NCBI GenBank assembly: GCA_965261345.1
Contig: OZ253449.1
Span: 1,824,001-1,888,000 of the forward strand
DNA length: 64,000 nucleotides
Direction of reading: 5' to 3'
Origin: Chloroflexota bacterium
GTDB lineage: Bacteria; Chloroflexota; UBA11872; VXNJ01
Position numbers and translations under genes: made by a program. The notes below the pieces were generated by a model. It made no database searches. It was not told the DNA's origin and was given only the letters and a program-made list of their open reading frames with translations. Position 1 is the stretch's first letter. The number at the start of each line of letters is the position of its first letter. This document shows positions 1-8,411 of this stretch, piece by piece.

Positions 1-156
1 CGCGTTTACCAGCACCACATATGAGGGCAGGAAAATGATGGCTGCAACGACGACAAGAAACAGGTAAATGAGGCTGCGCCGGAAGATCCGGGCGACCCGG
101 TTGGTGCGAATGGTACCGGATGCCGCCACCGTGGAACTAACTGCTGTGGTTGCCAT
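1..156 (-). CDS. Carbohydrate ABC transporter permease (MalG/UgpE-like), N-terminal part only; runs off the window edge
   Basis: ATG at 156, 2 nt after the upstream permease stop. Reads MATTAVSSTVAASGTIRTNRVARIFRRSLIYLFLVVVAAIIFLPSYVVLVNA, a typical first TM helix of a MalG-type permease. Not in the ORF track. Confidence 0.8.
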   Translation of the reverse strand, partial: MATTAVSSTVAASGTIRTNRVARIFRRSLIYLFLVVVAAIIFLPSYVVLVNA

Positions 157-158
157 GC

Positions 159-1127
159 TCAGACTTCCTTGCGAATGCTCCACAGGTACGGAACCACCAC
201 GATCGCCGACAACATGACCATGACCACAGCAATTACCGCAGCCCGGGAGAAGCGGGCATCCTGAAACGCCAGCTGGACCATGTGCAAGGCGAAGGTGTCA
301 GTTGAGAAATTGGCGCCCGACCCGGATATCGCCGCGACCAGGTCGAACAGCCGTAGGGCCAGTCCGAACAGGATGATGAACGCGGTCAAAGTTACCGGCC
401 TCACCAGCGGGATTATTACGTGGCGGTAAATGTCCATCGTATTTGCGCCGTCAATTTGGGCCGCTTCGCGCAGGTCCTGGGAGATGCCGCGGATGCCGGC
501 GAAGTAGAGCGCCATCGTGTAGCCGACCATCTGCCAGGCTGCGGCAAATGAAATTGCTACGATGCCGAAATTGGAATCCGAAAACCATAACCAATTGAAC
601 TTCTCGGCGCCAAAAAGGGCCAGGATGTTATTGAAGCCCATCAGGTCGATTAGGCGGTTGAACCCATGCGACTGGTTCATCATCCATTGCCAAACCACAC
701 CGGTAACCACCGATGAAATTGCAAATGGCATGATATAGATCGTGCGCAGGAAACCCTCGCCCTTGATGTGTTGATCTAAAAATGCGGCGATCAGGAACCC
801 GCCGATCATGCACTGGGCAAGGAACAACACGGTAAACAGGGTCATGTTGCGGATGTCTTTGTACCAACGTGGCAGGTCAAAGAGCCATTGCCAGTTGTCG
901 GTGCCTGCATACGGTCCCGCGATCGAGACCCTCGTTTCCGGCAGATTCCAATCTAGGAAGGCAACCAGACCGGTCCACGCAACAAAGCCGTAGACGAATA
1001 CTGCCGTAACCACCAGCGACGGCGACAGAATGATGATCGCCAGTACGCGGTCGCGGTTGACGTACCGCCAAAGTCGCCGCAGCGTGCTAGGCGGTTTTGG
1101 CGCCGCCGGAAGTGTGATCGTTGCCAT
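159..1127 (-). CDS. Carbohydrate ABC transporter permease (MalF/UgpA-like)
   Basis: Multiple TM helices; EAA loop 'DLREAAQIDGAN'; 'RTIYIMPFAISSVVTGVVW' is typical of CUT1 permeases. Confidence 0.93.
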   Translation of the reverse strand: MATITLPAAPKPPSTLRRLWRYVNRDRVLAIIILSPSLVVTAVFVYGFVAWTGLVAFLDWNLPETRVSIAGPYAGTDNWQWLFDLPRWYKDIRNMTLFTVLFLAQCMIGGFLIAAFLDQHIKGEGFLRTIYIMPFAISSVVTGVVWQWMMNQSHGFNRLIDLMGFNNILALFGAEKFNWLWFSDSNFGIVAISFAAAWQMVGYTMALYFAGIRGISQDLREAAQIDGANTMDIYRHVIIPLVRPVTLTAFIILFGLALRLFDLVAAISGSGANFSTDTFALHMVQLAFQDARFSRAAVIAVVMVMLSAIVVVPYLWSIRKEV

Positions 1128-1168
1128 CTTTTGTGATCGCGTTTCTTTTGCTCAAACAGCCTTCAGCA

Positions 1169-1200
1169 GAGGGGGAGCCGCTTGGGAACGGCCCCCCCTC
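1169..1200 (-). promoter_or_regulatory. Intercistronic stem-loop after the binding-protein gene (likely mRNA-stabilising or attenuating)
   Basis: GAGGGGGAGCCG (1169-1180) pairs with CGGCCCCCCCTC (1189-1200). The single mismatch is a G-U pair on the minus strand. No U-tract follows. Confidence 0.6.
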
Positions 1201-1213
1201 CCTTTAGGAACTG

Positions 1214-2659
1214 CTAGCAGATAACAGCGTCTTCACATGCTCTCTGCATTGCGGCCTGTGCGTTGGCCACCGCGTTGGCGTCGCCACTGCGAACCTCTGA
1301 AGCCAGAGAGTTCCCAATATTGACGAATTCGGTGATCCAACTCTGCCGCGCGGCAAATCCGTGCACCACACTAGGTGCAACGAAGGTAGCCGGGTTCTGC
1401 CAGTCGAGGATTGCTCCCTTTTGGTAGGTGTTGAAGTAGGACAGATTGGGGTTCTTGCCCACCGAGATCGACCCTTTGAAGTGGTTGAACTCGTCCTGGC
1501 CCGCTTGCCCACCGCAGACCTTGAGGAACGCTTCCGCGTTCTCCGGGTTGGGTGCGCCTACCGGCAGCGTAAATGAATCGCACAGGGCCATGTAGGTACC
1601 CTGCGTTCCCGGCGGTCGGGCAAAGCCGAATTGGCCATCGTAACCCTTGCCGCGGTAGAAACCTTCTGCCCAGTCGCCGTTAATGGTCATGACAGCGTCG
1701 CTGAAGATCTTCTCGAACGCCGTTGCCGGGTCCACAGTGAGAATATCGTCATTGACGTAGTTTTGAACCAGATTTTCAGCGATCCTTAGGGCGTTGGTTA
1801 TCTCTGGACCATCCCAGTTGCTAGTGCCATTGAACAGGTCAACGTATGCCGGTCCGCCGATCGTGCCCAAAAGGACGTTCTCGAGGACGTGGCCGGTGTA
1901 GAACGGGCGGGATTCACCCATTGCGAACGGCGCGCGGTCGCCTTCGGCCTTGATGGCGTCAAACGCGTTGAACGCGTCATCCCAGTTCTCGTAAGTCGTG
2001 GGATCCGGGATGCCAGTGTCGCGGAAATACTGCTTGTCGAACCAAGTTACGTTCGAACGGTGAATGTTTACCGGCACTGCCCAAACATGGCCGTCCCATT
2101 TACCGTTTTCAACGAATCCCTCAGGGTAGCTCTCGAAATAGCCTTCCTGCGTCCACAGATCGTCGAGCGCCTCGACCCGGCCAGCGACCGAGTGCGAATA
2201 GGTCAACTCATGACCCCAGTGAATCTGGAAGGAGTCCGGCGGCTCACCGGCCAGCATGCGGGTTTCCAGGATCGCCTTGGCGTTACCGCCGGGCCCTGAT
2301 CCGCCCGCGATGGCGGCATTGATGATGTTGATGCCGGGAACCCCAGCCTGCAGGTTCTTAAACAGCGTGTTGAGGGCTTCCACCTCACCCGCGTTGGTCC
2401 ACCAGGAGAAGATCTCGACGTCGCCCGCTACGCGTTCGACCTCAACGATTTTTTCTACCGTTTCAGTTATTGTCTGGGTCTCGGTTACAACCTCGGTTAC
2501 AACCTCGGTTACAACTTTTTCAACTTCGACTAACTGAGTAACGATCTTCGTCTCGGTGACCGTCTCACCGCACGCGGCTAGGGCCGCCGCTGCCGCACCA
2601 CCGGCCAAACCGGTAGCTAACAACTTGCGGCGACTTAGTCTGGAATCATGCATGGGCAT
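1214..2659 (-). CDS. Sugar (glucose/mannose-type) ABC substrate-binding lipoprotein with Tat signal
   Basis: Twin-arginine signal SRRKLL and lipobox LAAC. 'EIFSWWT...INAAIAGGSG..NAKAILETRMLAGEPPDSFQIH' resembles GlcE/GtsA-type glucose-binding proteins; 'VPVNIHRSN' also present. Confidence 0.9.
   Translation of the reverse strand: MPMHDSRLSRRKLLATGLAGGAAAAALAACGETVTETKIVTQLVEVEKVVTEVVTEVVTETQTITETVEKIVEVERVAGDVEIFSWWTNAGEVEALNTLFKNLQAGVPGINIINAAIAGGSGPGGNAKAILETRMLAGEPPDSFQIHWGHELTYSHSVAGRVEALDDLWTQEGYFESYPEGFVENGKWDGHVWAVPVNIHRSNVTWFDKQYFRDTGIPDPTTYENWDDAFNAFDAIKAEGDRAPFAMGESRPFYTGHVLENVLLGTIGGPAYVDLFNGTSNWDGPEITNALRIAENLVQNYVNDDILTVDPATAFEKIFSDAVMTINGDWAEGFYRGKGYDGQFGFARPPGTQGTYMALCDSFTLPVGAPNPENAEAFLKVCGGQAGQDEFNHFKGSISVGKNPNLSYFNTYQKGAILDWQNPATFVAPSVVHGFAARQSWITEFVNIGNSLASEVRSGDANAVANAQAAMQRACEDAVIC
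2480..2515. repeat. Perfect 12-bp tandem repeat x3 (CTCGGTTACAAC) encoding VVTE-VVTE-VVTE
   Basis: Three exact copies at 2480, 2492 and 2504, inside the binding-protein N-terminal linker. Confidence 0.95.
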
Positions 2660-2748
2660 TGCCTCCCTTTGGCTTTTCCATCTCGAATTTCCAACCGGGG
2701 CTTTTTTTGATAAACGAAACCCCGGGGTAGGAACAACAAAGTGTGCTC

Positions 2749-2757
2749 ATGTTACCA
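2749..2757 (-). promoter_or_regulatory. Putative extended -10 promoter (TG-G-TAACAT) of the sugar ABC operon
   Basis: The minus strand reads TGGTAACAT about 90 nt upstream of the ATG at 2659. An SD (GGGAGG) precedes the start. Confidence 0.45.
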
Positions 2758-2761
2758 CGGC

Positions 2762-2785
2762 GGCCGGGCCGGATCCGGCCCGGCC
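2762..2785. repeat. Perfect 24-bp palindrome GGCCGGGCCGGATCCGGCCCGGCC (terminator or operator candidate)
   Basis: Self-complementary; lies between the oxidoreductase stop and the putative promoter. Confidence 0.6.
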
Positions 2786-2809
2786 TTGCAATCTGCCCTT
2801 GGCCGTTAC

Positions 2810-3805
2810 TTATAGCGGCAGATCGACCGACCGACCGGTCTGGGCCGAAATTCGTGCGGCTTCAATCAATTCCATGGTGGCAAGCGCCTCACCTGTTGAA
2901 ACCACCGGTTGACCCTGTCCGCGAATAAAGCGCGCCAACGATTCATAGATCTCGATCCACCGGCCTTGCCCGATTGCCAACTCCTCCGGCTCGGCCCCGG
3001 CGCGGTGAACGTATACCGGCTCGCCGAAACCCTTGCAAATCAAAGTGCCCTCGTTGCCGATTACGTGCCATTCCGATTGTCCGGCGTGCGCAAAAACGCA
3101 GACCTCGGCCTTGCCGATGATTCCGTTTTGGAATTCGACCATCAGGCTGAAGAAGTCATCAGATTCCTTGGACCATTTGACCGCGCGGAGATGGCAATAG
3201 ATCGACTTTGGAGGCGATTTGGCAAAGCGCATCAGTTGGTTTAACAGGTGCGGACCCCAATCGATGAGGTGGCCCGCCCACGCCTCCAGTCGCCATTCGG
3301 GTTGGTATTCCTGGGCCGCGTAGTCTAGATGCGGCCGGTCCCGGTAATGGGCACGGGCGATCGAAACTATCTCGCCGACGGCTCCGTCATTTAACGCCTT
3401 TTCTATCGCCAATGATTCGCCATCGAAGCGCCGGTTCTGGTAAACCGATGCATAGCGATCGCAACGCTTGGCGACAGCGGCGATTTCGCGCGCTTCGGCC
3501 AAGTTGAGGCCCAGCGGCTTTTCGCAAATTACGTGCTTGCCAGCCTCCAGGGCGGCGATTGCGTGTTCCCTGTGGAGGCGGTGCGGGGTTGCCACCACGG
3601 CGACCTCAACCGCCGGGTTTTCAAGCAGCGGCGCCAGTTCTGAATACACCGGTCCGTGAATGCGCGGCGCCAGCAGTTCGCGGCGGGCCGGGGTGATGTC
3701 CGTGCCTGCCACCGCCTGAACCAGCGGCGAGTCGGTCACGAAGGGCAGATGCCAGAGATTTACAGTTTGGCCAAGCCCGATGTAGCCAATTCCTACTGGG
3801 TCCAA
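2810..3805 (-). CDS. Gfo/Idh/MocA family oxidoreductase
   Basis: Rossmann GYIGLG, 'VATPHRLHREHAIAALEAGKHVICEKP', 'YQNRRFD' and 'GHLIDWGPH'. TTG start at 3805 chosen because GGAGG lies 8 nt upstream (ORF track start 3877). Confidence 0.9.
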   Translation of the reverse strand: MDPVGIGYIGLGQTVNLWHLPFVTDSPLVQAVAGTDITPARRELLAPRIHGPVYSELAPLLENPAVEVAVVATPHRLHREHAIAALEAGKHVICEKPLGLNLAEAREIAAVAKRCDRYASVYQNRRFDGESLAIEKALNDGAVGEIVSIARAHYRDRPHLDYAAQEYQPEWRLEAWAGHLIDWGPHLLNQLMRFAKSPPKSIYCHLRAVKWSKESDDFFSLMVEFQNGIIGKAEVCVFAHAGQSEWHVIGNEGTLICKGFGEPVYVHRAGAEPEELAIGQGRWIEIYESLARFIRGQGQPVVSTGEALATMELIEAARISAQTGRSVDLPL

Positions 3806-4169
3806 GAATCTTGCCTCCACCTGCCAAAACCTCAACCGACGATGTCGGACCGCCAGCGCGGACCACACACCATGCATTCAATTTTGCCCGCATGGTTCGT
3901 TAATTTAAGCCTAATTTCGGCAAACTGTTCGTTGGCCAGATTTGCACTGGCGGACCCTATAAATTCGTTCACGCTTACCCATTCGGCCGGCGCGCGGTTG
4001 GCCCACCCAGGCGGTCGTCGGGCAGGGCCCGCCGCACCCTGGCATCCATAGATCTTTGGCGTCGACGGTTGGAGTCGTCCCATATTGCGCGCCCGATCGC
4101 CGCAACTTGGCCCGGGGCCAATCCCGGCGATGCCGAATTCGCCGCACCGCCGCCAATCGGCTAAATACT

Positions 4170-5447
4170 TTAGGAGCAAATTCGGCTGATCGCTTCCCCG
4201 CCCGGTCCGGCCAAGGTCGCCACATCACCGGAGTTGTTCCATACTGCCCGCCTTCCCCAGGGCTTGAGGTCGCCGATCGCGTCCCCGGAAGCGATCAGAA
4301 AGTTGCCATCAGCGTCCAGACTTGTTCCCGCAGCGAAGGTGTGAGCAAAATTACTCCCCTGGTCGGAAATCTGCCAGCCGGCCAGACTAAAGCCTGGCGG
4401 ACCACCCAATTGCACCCTTTCCGCGCTGGCATCGCAAAAACGGATTTCCAATTGCCCGGACGGGGTCGCTTCCGCTTGAGCGGCTGCGTCGGGTCCGGTG
4501 CTCGCGGTAGGGCCCGCTTCCGGGGCGGAGGTTGCCAAGGGAGCCCTGGTGGATATTGGAATCGGTATCGGGTTTTCCTGGGAAATCTCCTGCTCCGGGC
4601 AGCCGCCTAATATGCGGGCCAGCGCCGCATGCTCGGCGCCATCGGCGGCCAGCCTCCAGCGCAATTTGACCACCACCCAAGCCTCGGCGTAAAAGCAGTG
4701 CGAATCGGCATTTGGCGGAAGCCATTCGGCCGGGTCCTTCTTTCCCTTCGAACGGTTGGAGCTGGCAGATACGGCAATCAGCGAATGCTGGTAGGAAAGG
4801 TCATTGGCGTAGTTCTGGCGTGTTGCCCGGTCCCAGCGGTGTCCACCGGATTCGTGCGCTTCGGCCAACGGCACCAAGTGGTCAACGTCAAACCCGGACG
4901 GATTGCTGGTGACTAGGCCGTCGAATATCGAATACCAGGTTCCGTCGGGCAACCGTTCGCTTTCTACGACCTCGCAGCGGGCGTGGCATCCATCGCCGTC
5001 CTGGTCCTTCCAGTGCGGCCAATCATCGCGGTCGTAGTCGCTGCCCGGATGCTCGGGTTCGATTGCGATTTCCGCCAACAGCGCCCGCGCGGTTGAACCG
5101 CTGCGGTTGGCCACAGCGGTGCCCGGTGGTGCCGCGTCTTCTAAATCGGCCTGATCCGCAATGTCGGTAACCGCGGCCGTGGTTGCTCGATCTACCGTTT
5201 CGCGAGACGGCCCGTTGGAAGTCGATTTCGCGGTTGCGGTTGGCGCGGTGTCAACCGGATCGGTCTGACCTCGAATGTCGGTAATCGCTGCCGCGGTTGG
5301 TCGGCCCGCCACCGATCCCGGGGTGGGCGGCGTTGTCACCGGGTCACAGGACAGGGCAACCGCTGAAAGAAGGATCAGCAGGGCAACGCCCAATTGCCAG
5401 CCGCGGGACAATCGACGGTACCAACTAATAATTGCTATCAACGGCAT
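4170..5447 (-). CDS. Lipoprotein HNH nuclease (DUF1524/GmrSD-C-like) with C-terminal lamin-tail-like domain
   Basis: Signal peptide and lipobox VALSC. HNH core 'DVDHLVPLAEAHESG...NDL...LIAVSASSNRSKGKKDPAEWLP'. LTD-like 'ERVQL...SLAGWQISD...HTF...VWNNSGDVATL'. Start placed at the ATG at 5447. Confidence 0.8.
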   Translation of the reverse strand: MPLIAIISWYRRLSRGWQLGVALLILLSAVALSCDPVTTPPTPGSVAGRPTAAAITDIRGQTDPVDTAPTATAKSTSNGPSRETVDRATTAAVTDIADQADLEDAAPPGTAVANRSGSTARALLAEIAIEPEHPGSDYDRDDWPHWKDQDGDGCHARCEVVESERLPDGTWYSIFDGLVTSNPSGFDVDHLVPLAEAHESGGHRWDRATRQNYANDLSYQHSLIAVSASSNRSKGKKDPAEWLPPNADSHCFYAEAWVVVKLRWRLAADGAEHAALARILGGCPEQEISQENPIPIPISTRAPLATSAPEAGPTASTGPDAAAQAEATPSGQLEIRFCDASAERVQLGGPPGFSLAGWQISDQGSNFAHTFAAGTSLDADGNFLIASGDAIGDLKPWGRRAVWNNSGDVATLAGPGGEAISRICS

Positions 5448-5649
5448 TTCCGGTTGCGGGATTGATCGCGAAATTTGCGATCTTGCGAATTGCGTTCGCG
5501 ACCAAAATCTAGCAATTGCCATATTGGCGATCAATTCGCACCTCAAAATAGCCCAGATTCGCTGCGATTGCAATTTGCCGCCCCTGACCGGATACCCGCC
5601 GGATAGCGGCGTTGGCCAATTGCTCGCGACTGGAACGGTACGAAGCCAA

Positions 5650-6558
5650 ATGGAAATAATCGAGCGCCTGCGCGGTTCAATGCCGGCGATGGTCACCCCG
5701 CTCGGTGACGATTACAAGGCGGATTTGGCGGCCGCGGCGCGCCTGATTGGCTTCTACATCGAATCGGGTTCGCACGGCGTGGTGGTGTTGGGCAGCTCGG
5801 GCGAATTCCAGGGCGTTCGCTACGCCGACCGGGCTGGTCTGTTGTCGGCTGCAGTGGAAGCCGCGGCCGGCCGCATCCCGGTAATAGCCGGCGCCGGTCT
5901 GCCTAATCTGTGGGCAACCATCGACCAGGTAAAGCAGGCTGCCGACTGTGGCGCCGACGCCGCCCTGGTGACACCGCCCTATTACTTTCCGATCGACCAG
6001 GACGCGATAGTGGATTGGTTTACGCGGTTGGTCGGCGCGGTGGATCTTCCAGTTCTCTATTACCACTTCCCGACGATGACCAAACTAGCGGCCAATCCCG
6101 ACACGGTTGGGCGCTTGGCCGATTGCGGAGTGTGCGGTCTAAAGGACTCGGGTGGATCGACCGCTTGGCTGCACGCCGTTCTGGGCCGCGTGGGCGAGCG
6201 TCGCGACTTTCGACTGTTCTTGGGTGGCGACGGGCATTTGCTAGATGCACTAATTCACGGTGCCGATGGTTGCATCGGATTGGCCCAGAATCTGATTCCG
6301 CACATATCGGCCCAACTGTACGAGGCATATTGCGAGGGTGACCTGGGAACTGCGGTCGAACTTCAGCGGCACGCGGTCGAATTTGGCGCCAGGCTGCAAA
6401 CTGGCACCCTGGGACAACCATTCGCCAAAGCCGTGCTGTCGCATATGGGATTGTGCTCACCAGTCGTGGCTCCGCCTATGAAGGCCCTTTCACCGGCCGC
6501 GGCATCGGCCGCATTCGGCCGAGTCGAAAAATATTTGCTGATCCCGACCAGCGCCTGA
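5650..6558 (+). CDS. Dihydrodipicolinate synthase-family aldolase/dehydratase (probably not DapA)
   Basis: 'PAMVTPL', 'GSSGE', 'IPVIAGAG' and Schiff-base Lys in 'GLKDS'. The DapA substrate Arg after the YN(V)P motif is replaced (YHFPTMT). ATG at 5650. Confidence 0.85.
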   Translation: MEIIERLRGSMPAMVTPLGDDYKADLAAAARLIGFYIESGSHGVVVLGSSGEFQGVRYADRAGLLSAAVEAAAGRIPVIAGAGLPNLWATIDQVKQAADCGADAALVTPPYYFPIDQDAIVDWFTRLVGAVDLPVLYYHFPTMTKLAANPDTVGRLADCGVCGLKDSGGSTAWLHAVLGRVGERRDFRLFLGGDGHLLDALIHGADGCIGLAQNLIPHISAQLYEAYCEGDLGTAVELQRHAVEFGARLQTGTLGQPFAKAVLSHMGLCSPVVAPPMKALSPAAASAAFGRVEKYLLIPTSA

Positions 6559-6626
6559 TCCTGCGGCCCCCCGCAGTTGAAACGCTTAAAACTTGGCAAC
6601 AATCAAATGCGCAGGCACCAGACGCG

Positions 6627-8411
6627 ATGGCGACCCGGACCGTAAGCGATCAAGGCGTTCCCTTGCCGGATCCTCCGGTTGATCCGGGAGGGGAAGTCGA
6701 AAGCGGCCCTGGCGCGGCCCCGCCCGACCCACAGTTGGCGTCGGCTATTGAGATCGTCGAATTCGGCCCGCGCCTCCGGGTCGGGCGCTTTGCCAGGATC
6801 GGTTCGGATTACATCCTTGTAAACCTGGTCGAGACAGTTGCCAGTGACGGCCCGCCGTCAAATGACCCGGCTGCATCCTGGTCGGAAATTCAATCGCGCC
6901 TGGTTGGCGAAAACGATCTTTATCGAGATCATCCGGCTACGCCACTGGCGTTGACCGGCACCCGGTTGGCGCCTCCGCGACCGGCGATATTTATTGGCGA
7001 CGTGCCGCCGATCGAGCGGACCCAGCTGGTGGGCGCAATGCGTGGTCAGGGATTCATCACCCGGACCCAGATCAGGATGCCGGCCAAGGATTTTGTGGAA
7101 AGGTCCGATCCCAATTCGGTGGCCGAAAAAATCCGGGCCGCCAAGGCCGAACTTATTGTTCTGGCATTTATTGGCCCTCGATCCGGCGCCGCGCTCACCC
7201 TGGGGGCCCAGATTGTTCGGCATCTGGTGGCCACCGGCACCGGCGGTGGCCAGGTGCTGGCACTGCTTGGCTCCGAATCGAGCGCAGCAACTCAATCGGC
7301 ACTGGCCGAACGCGGCGATTGCGTCCGGCTAAACCCAAATGCCGGACGACCGGAAGGGGCCAAAGCCCTGCACGAAGCCCTGGCGGCGGCTTATGCGCGC
7401 CTGCTCAGCCCAACTCGGCCGGCCCTGGTGCCGGATGCTTTGAGCGGCTGCCCGGCGGTTCCGGTTACCGTGGCCCTCCGCCGTTCAGCCTGGCGATTGG
7501 CCAGCGCGATGGGCCTGCGGGTGTCGATTGCCCATGTTGAGCCGACCGGAATCATCCTGGCCTGGGCTTCGCCCGACTCGACCCGCATCGCCAGTTTTGG
7601 CTACGTTGCCGACGGTGGGGACGGCATGCCCTTTGGCCTTGCCCTGGATCCGGCCGAAATTGCCCGCTGGCTCCCGACCCCGCTTTCGGAGGAGTCGGTT
7701 ACGTCCAGCCTGCTGGCCTGCGGCCTGCGGCCGTGGGCGATCGTGGTTAATCGACAGGATCGATTGATCGCCGATGCAGCCGTCGCGGCCGGGCTGGGTC
7801 GGGCTTGCCGGCAGCTTGGCCTGGAACGGTTCGAATGCGATTTGGCAATTGCCAGCGGGGGCGCACTCGGCTCCGATTGTTCGCCCGCCGCCGCCGCCGC
7901 CGCGCTGTTGAACGGGTTGCAACCAGCGCACTTTTGCCAATTGGCCCAAGATTCGGCCAGCACCCTGGCGATGCTCGGTGCAATCGACCTTGCCGGGGAA
8001 CCGGTCGACCATTCGATGGGACTGATTCCGTTGGGGTTGAGCGTGGCCGTCAGTGGGCGCGCTCGCGACGGGGAACCGGGACTGAGGATACTAATCGACC
8101 GGCCCGACGGCCGACGTCTGGACCGGGTGGTCCCGTTCGGGTCCATTGAGCGAATGGCTACCGCCACGACCGACCCGTTGACCGTACGCGCCATTCCAGC
8201 CCCAGGCCTAGATCTGGGACGCGGGTCGGGTCAGGCCGTCCAATTGGAAACCGCGATTGCGCCGTCGACGGCCGGCATACTAGTCGACGTCCGCGGGCGC
8301 CCGCTGGAGCCGGCATTAGATTCCAGCGCTCAGGCCGACCAGGTACTGCAATGGCTGCAGGGATTAGACACCTTTCATCCTCCGGAAACGCCGTCGGGGG
8401 CATCGCAATGA
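6627..8411 (+). CDS. Glutamate mutase L (GlmL/MutL)-like ASKHA-fold protein, divergent
   Basis: The C-terminal half 'DLAIASGGAL...ALLNGLQP...LGLSVAVSG...VVPFGSI...PAPGLDLGRGSG...GILVDVRGRPL' matches the long GlmL-like proteins I recall from Chloroflexota. The N-terminal nucleotide motif is degenerate. Confidence 0.6.
   Translation: MATRTVSDQGVPLPDPPVDPGGEVESGPGAAPPDPQLASAIEIVEFGPRLRVGRFARIGSDYILVNLVETVASDGPPSNDPAASWSEIQSRLVGENDLYRDHPATPLALTGTRLAPPRPAIFIGDVPPIERTQLVGAMRGQGFITRTQIRMPAKDFVERSDPNSVAEKIRAAKAELIVLAFIGPRSGAALTLGAQIVRHLVATGTGGGQVLALLGSESSAATQSALAERGDCVRLNPNAGRPEGAKALHEALAAAYARLLSPTRPALVPDALSGCPAVPVTVALRRSAWRLASAMGLRVSIAHVEPTGIILAWASPDSTRIASFGYVADGGDGMPFGLALDPAEIARWLPTPLSEESVTSSLLACGLRPWAIVVNRQDRLIADAAVAAGLGRACRQLGLERFECDLAIASGGALGSDCSPAAAAAALLNGLQPAHFCQLAQDSASTLAMLGAIDLAGEPVDHSMGLIPLGLSVAVSGRARDGEPGLRILIDRPDGRRLDRVVPFGSIERMATATTDPLTVRAIPAPGLDLGRGSGQAVQLETAIAPSTAGILVDVRGRPLEPALDSSAQADQVLQWLQGLDTFHPPETPSGASQ

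Noticed and set aside
5275-5696. Apparent overlap of the divergent HNH and DHDPS-family ORFs
   Set aside because: Both ORF-track starts are over-extended; the likely starts (5447 and 5650) leave an ordinary divergent intergenic region.
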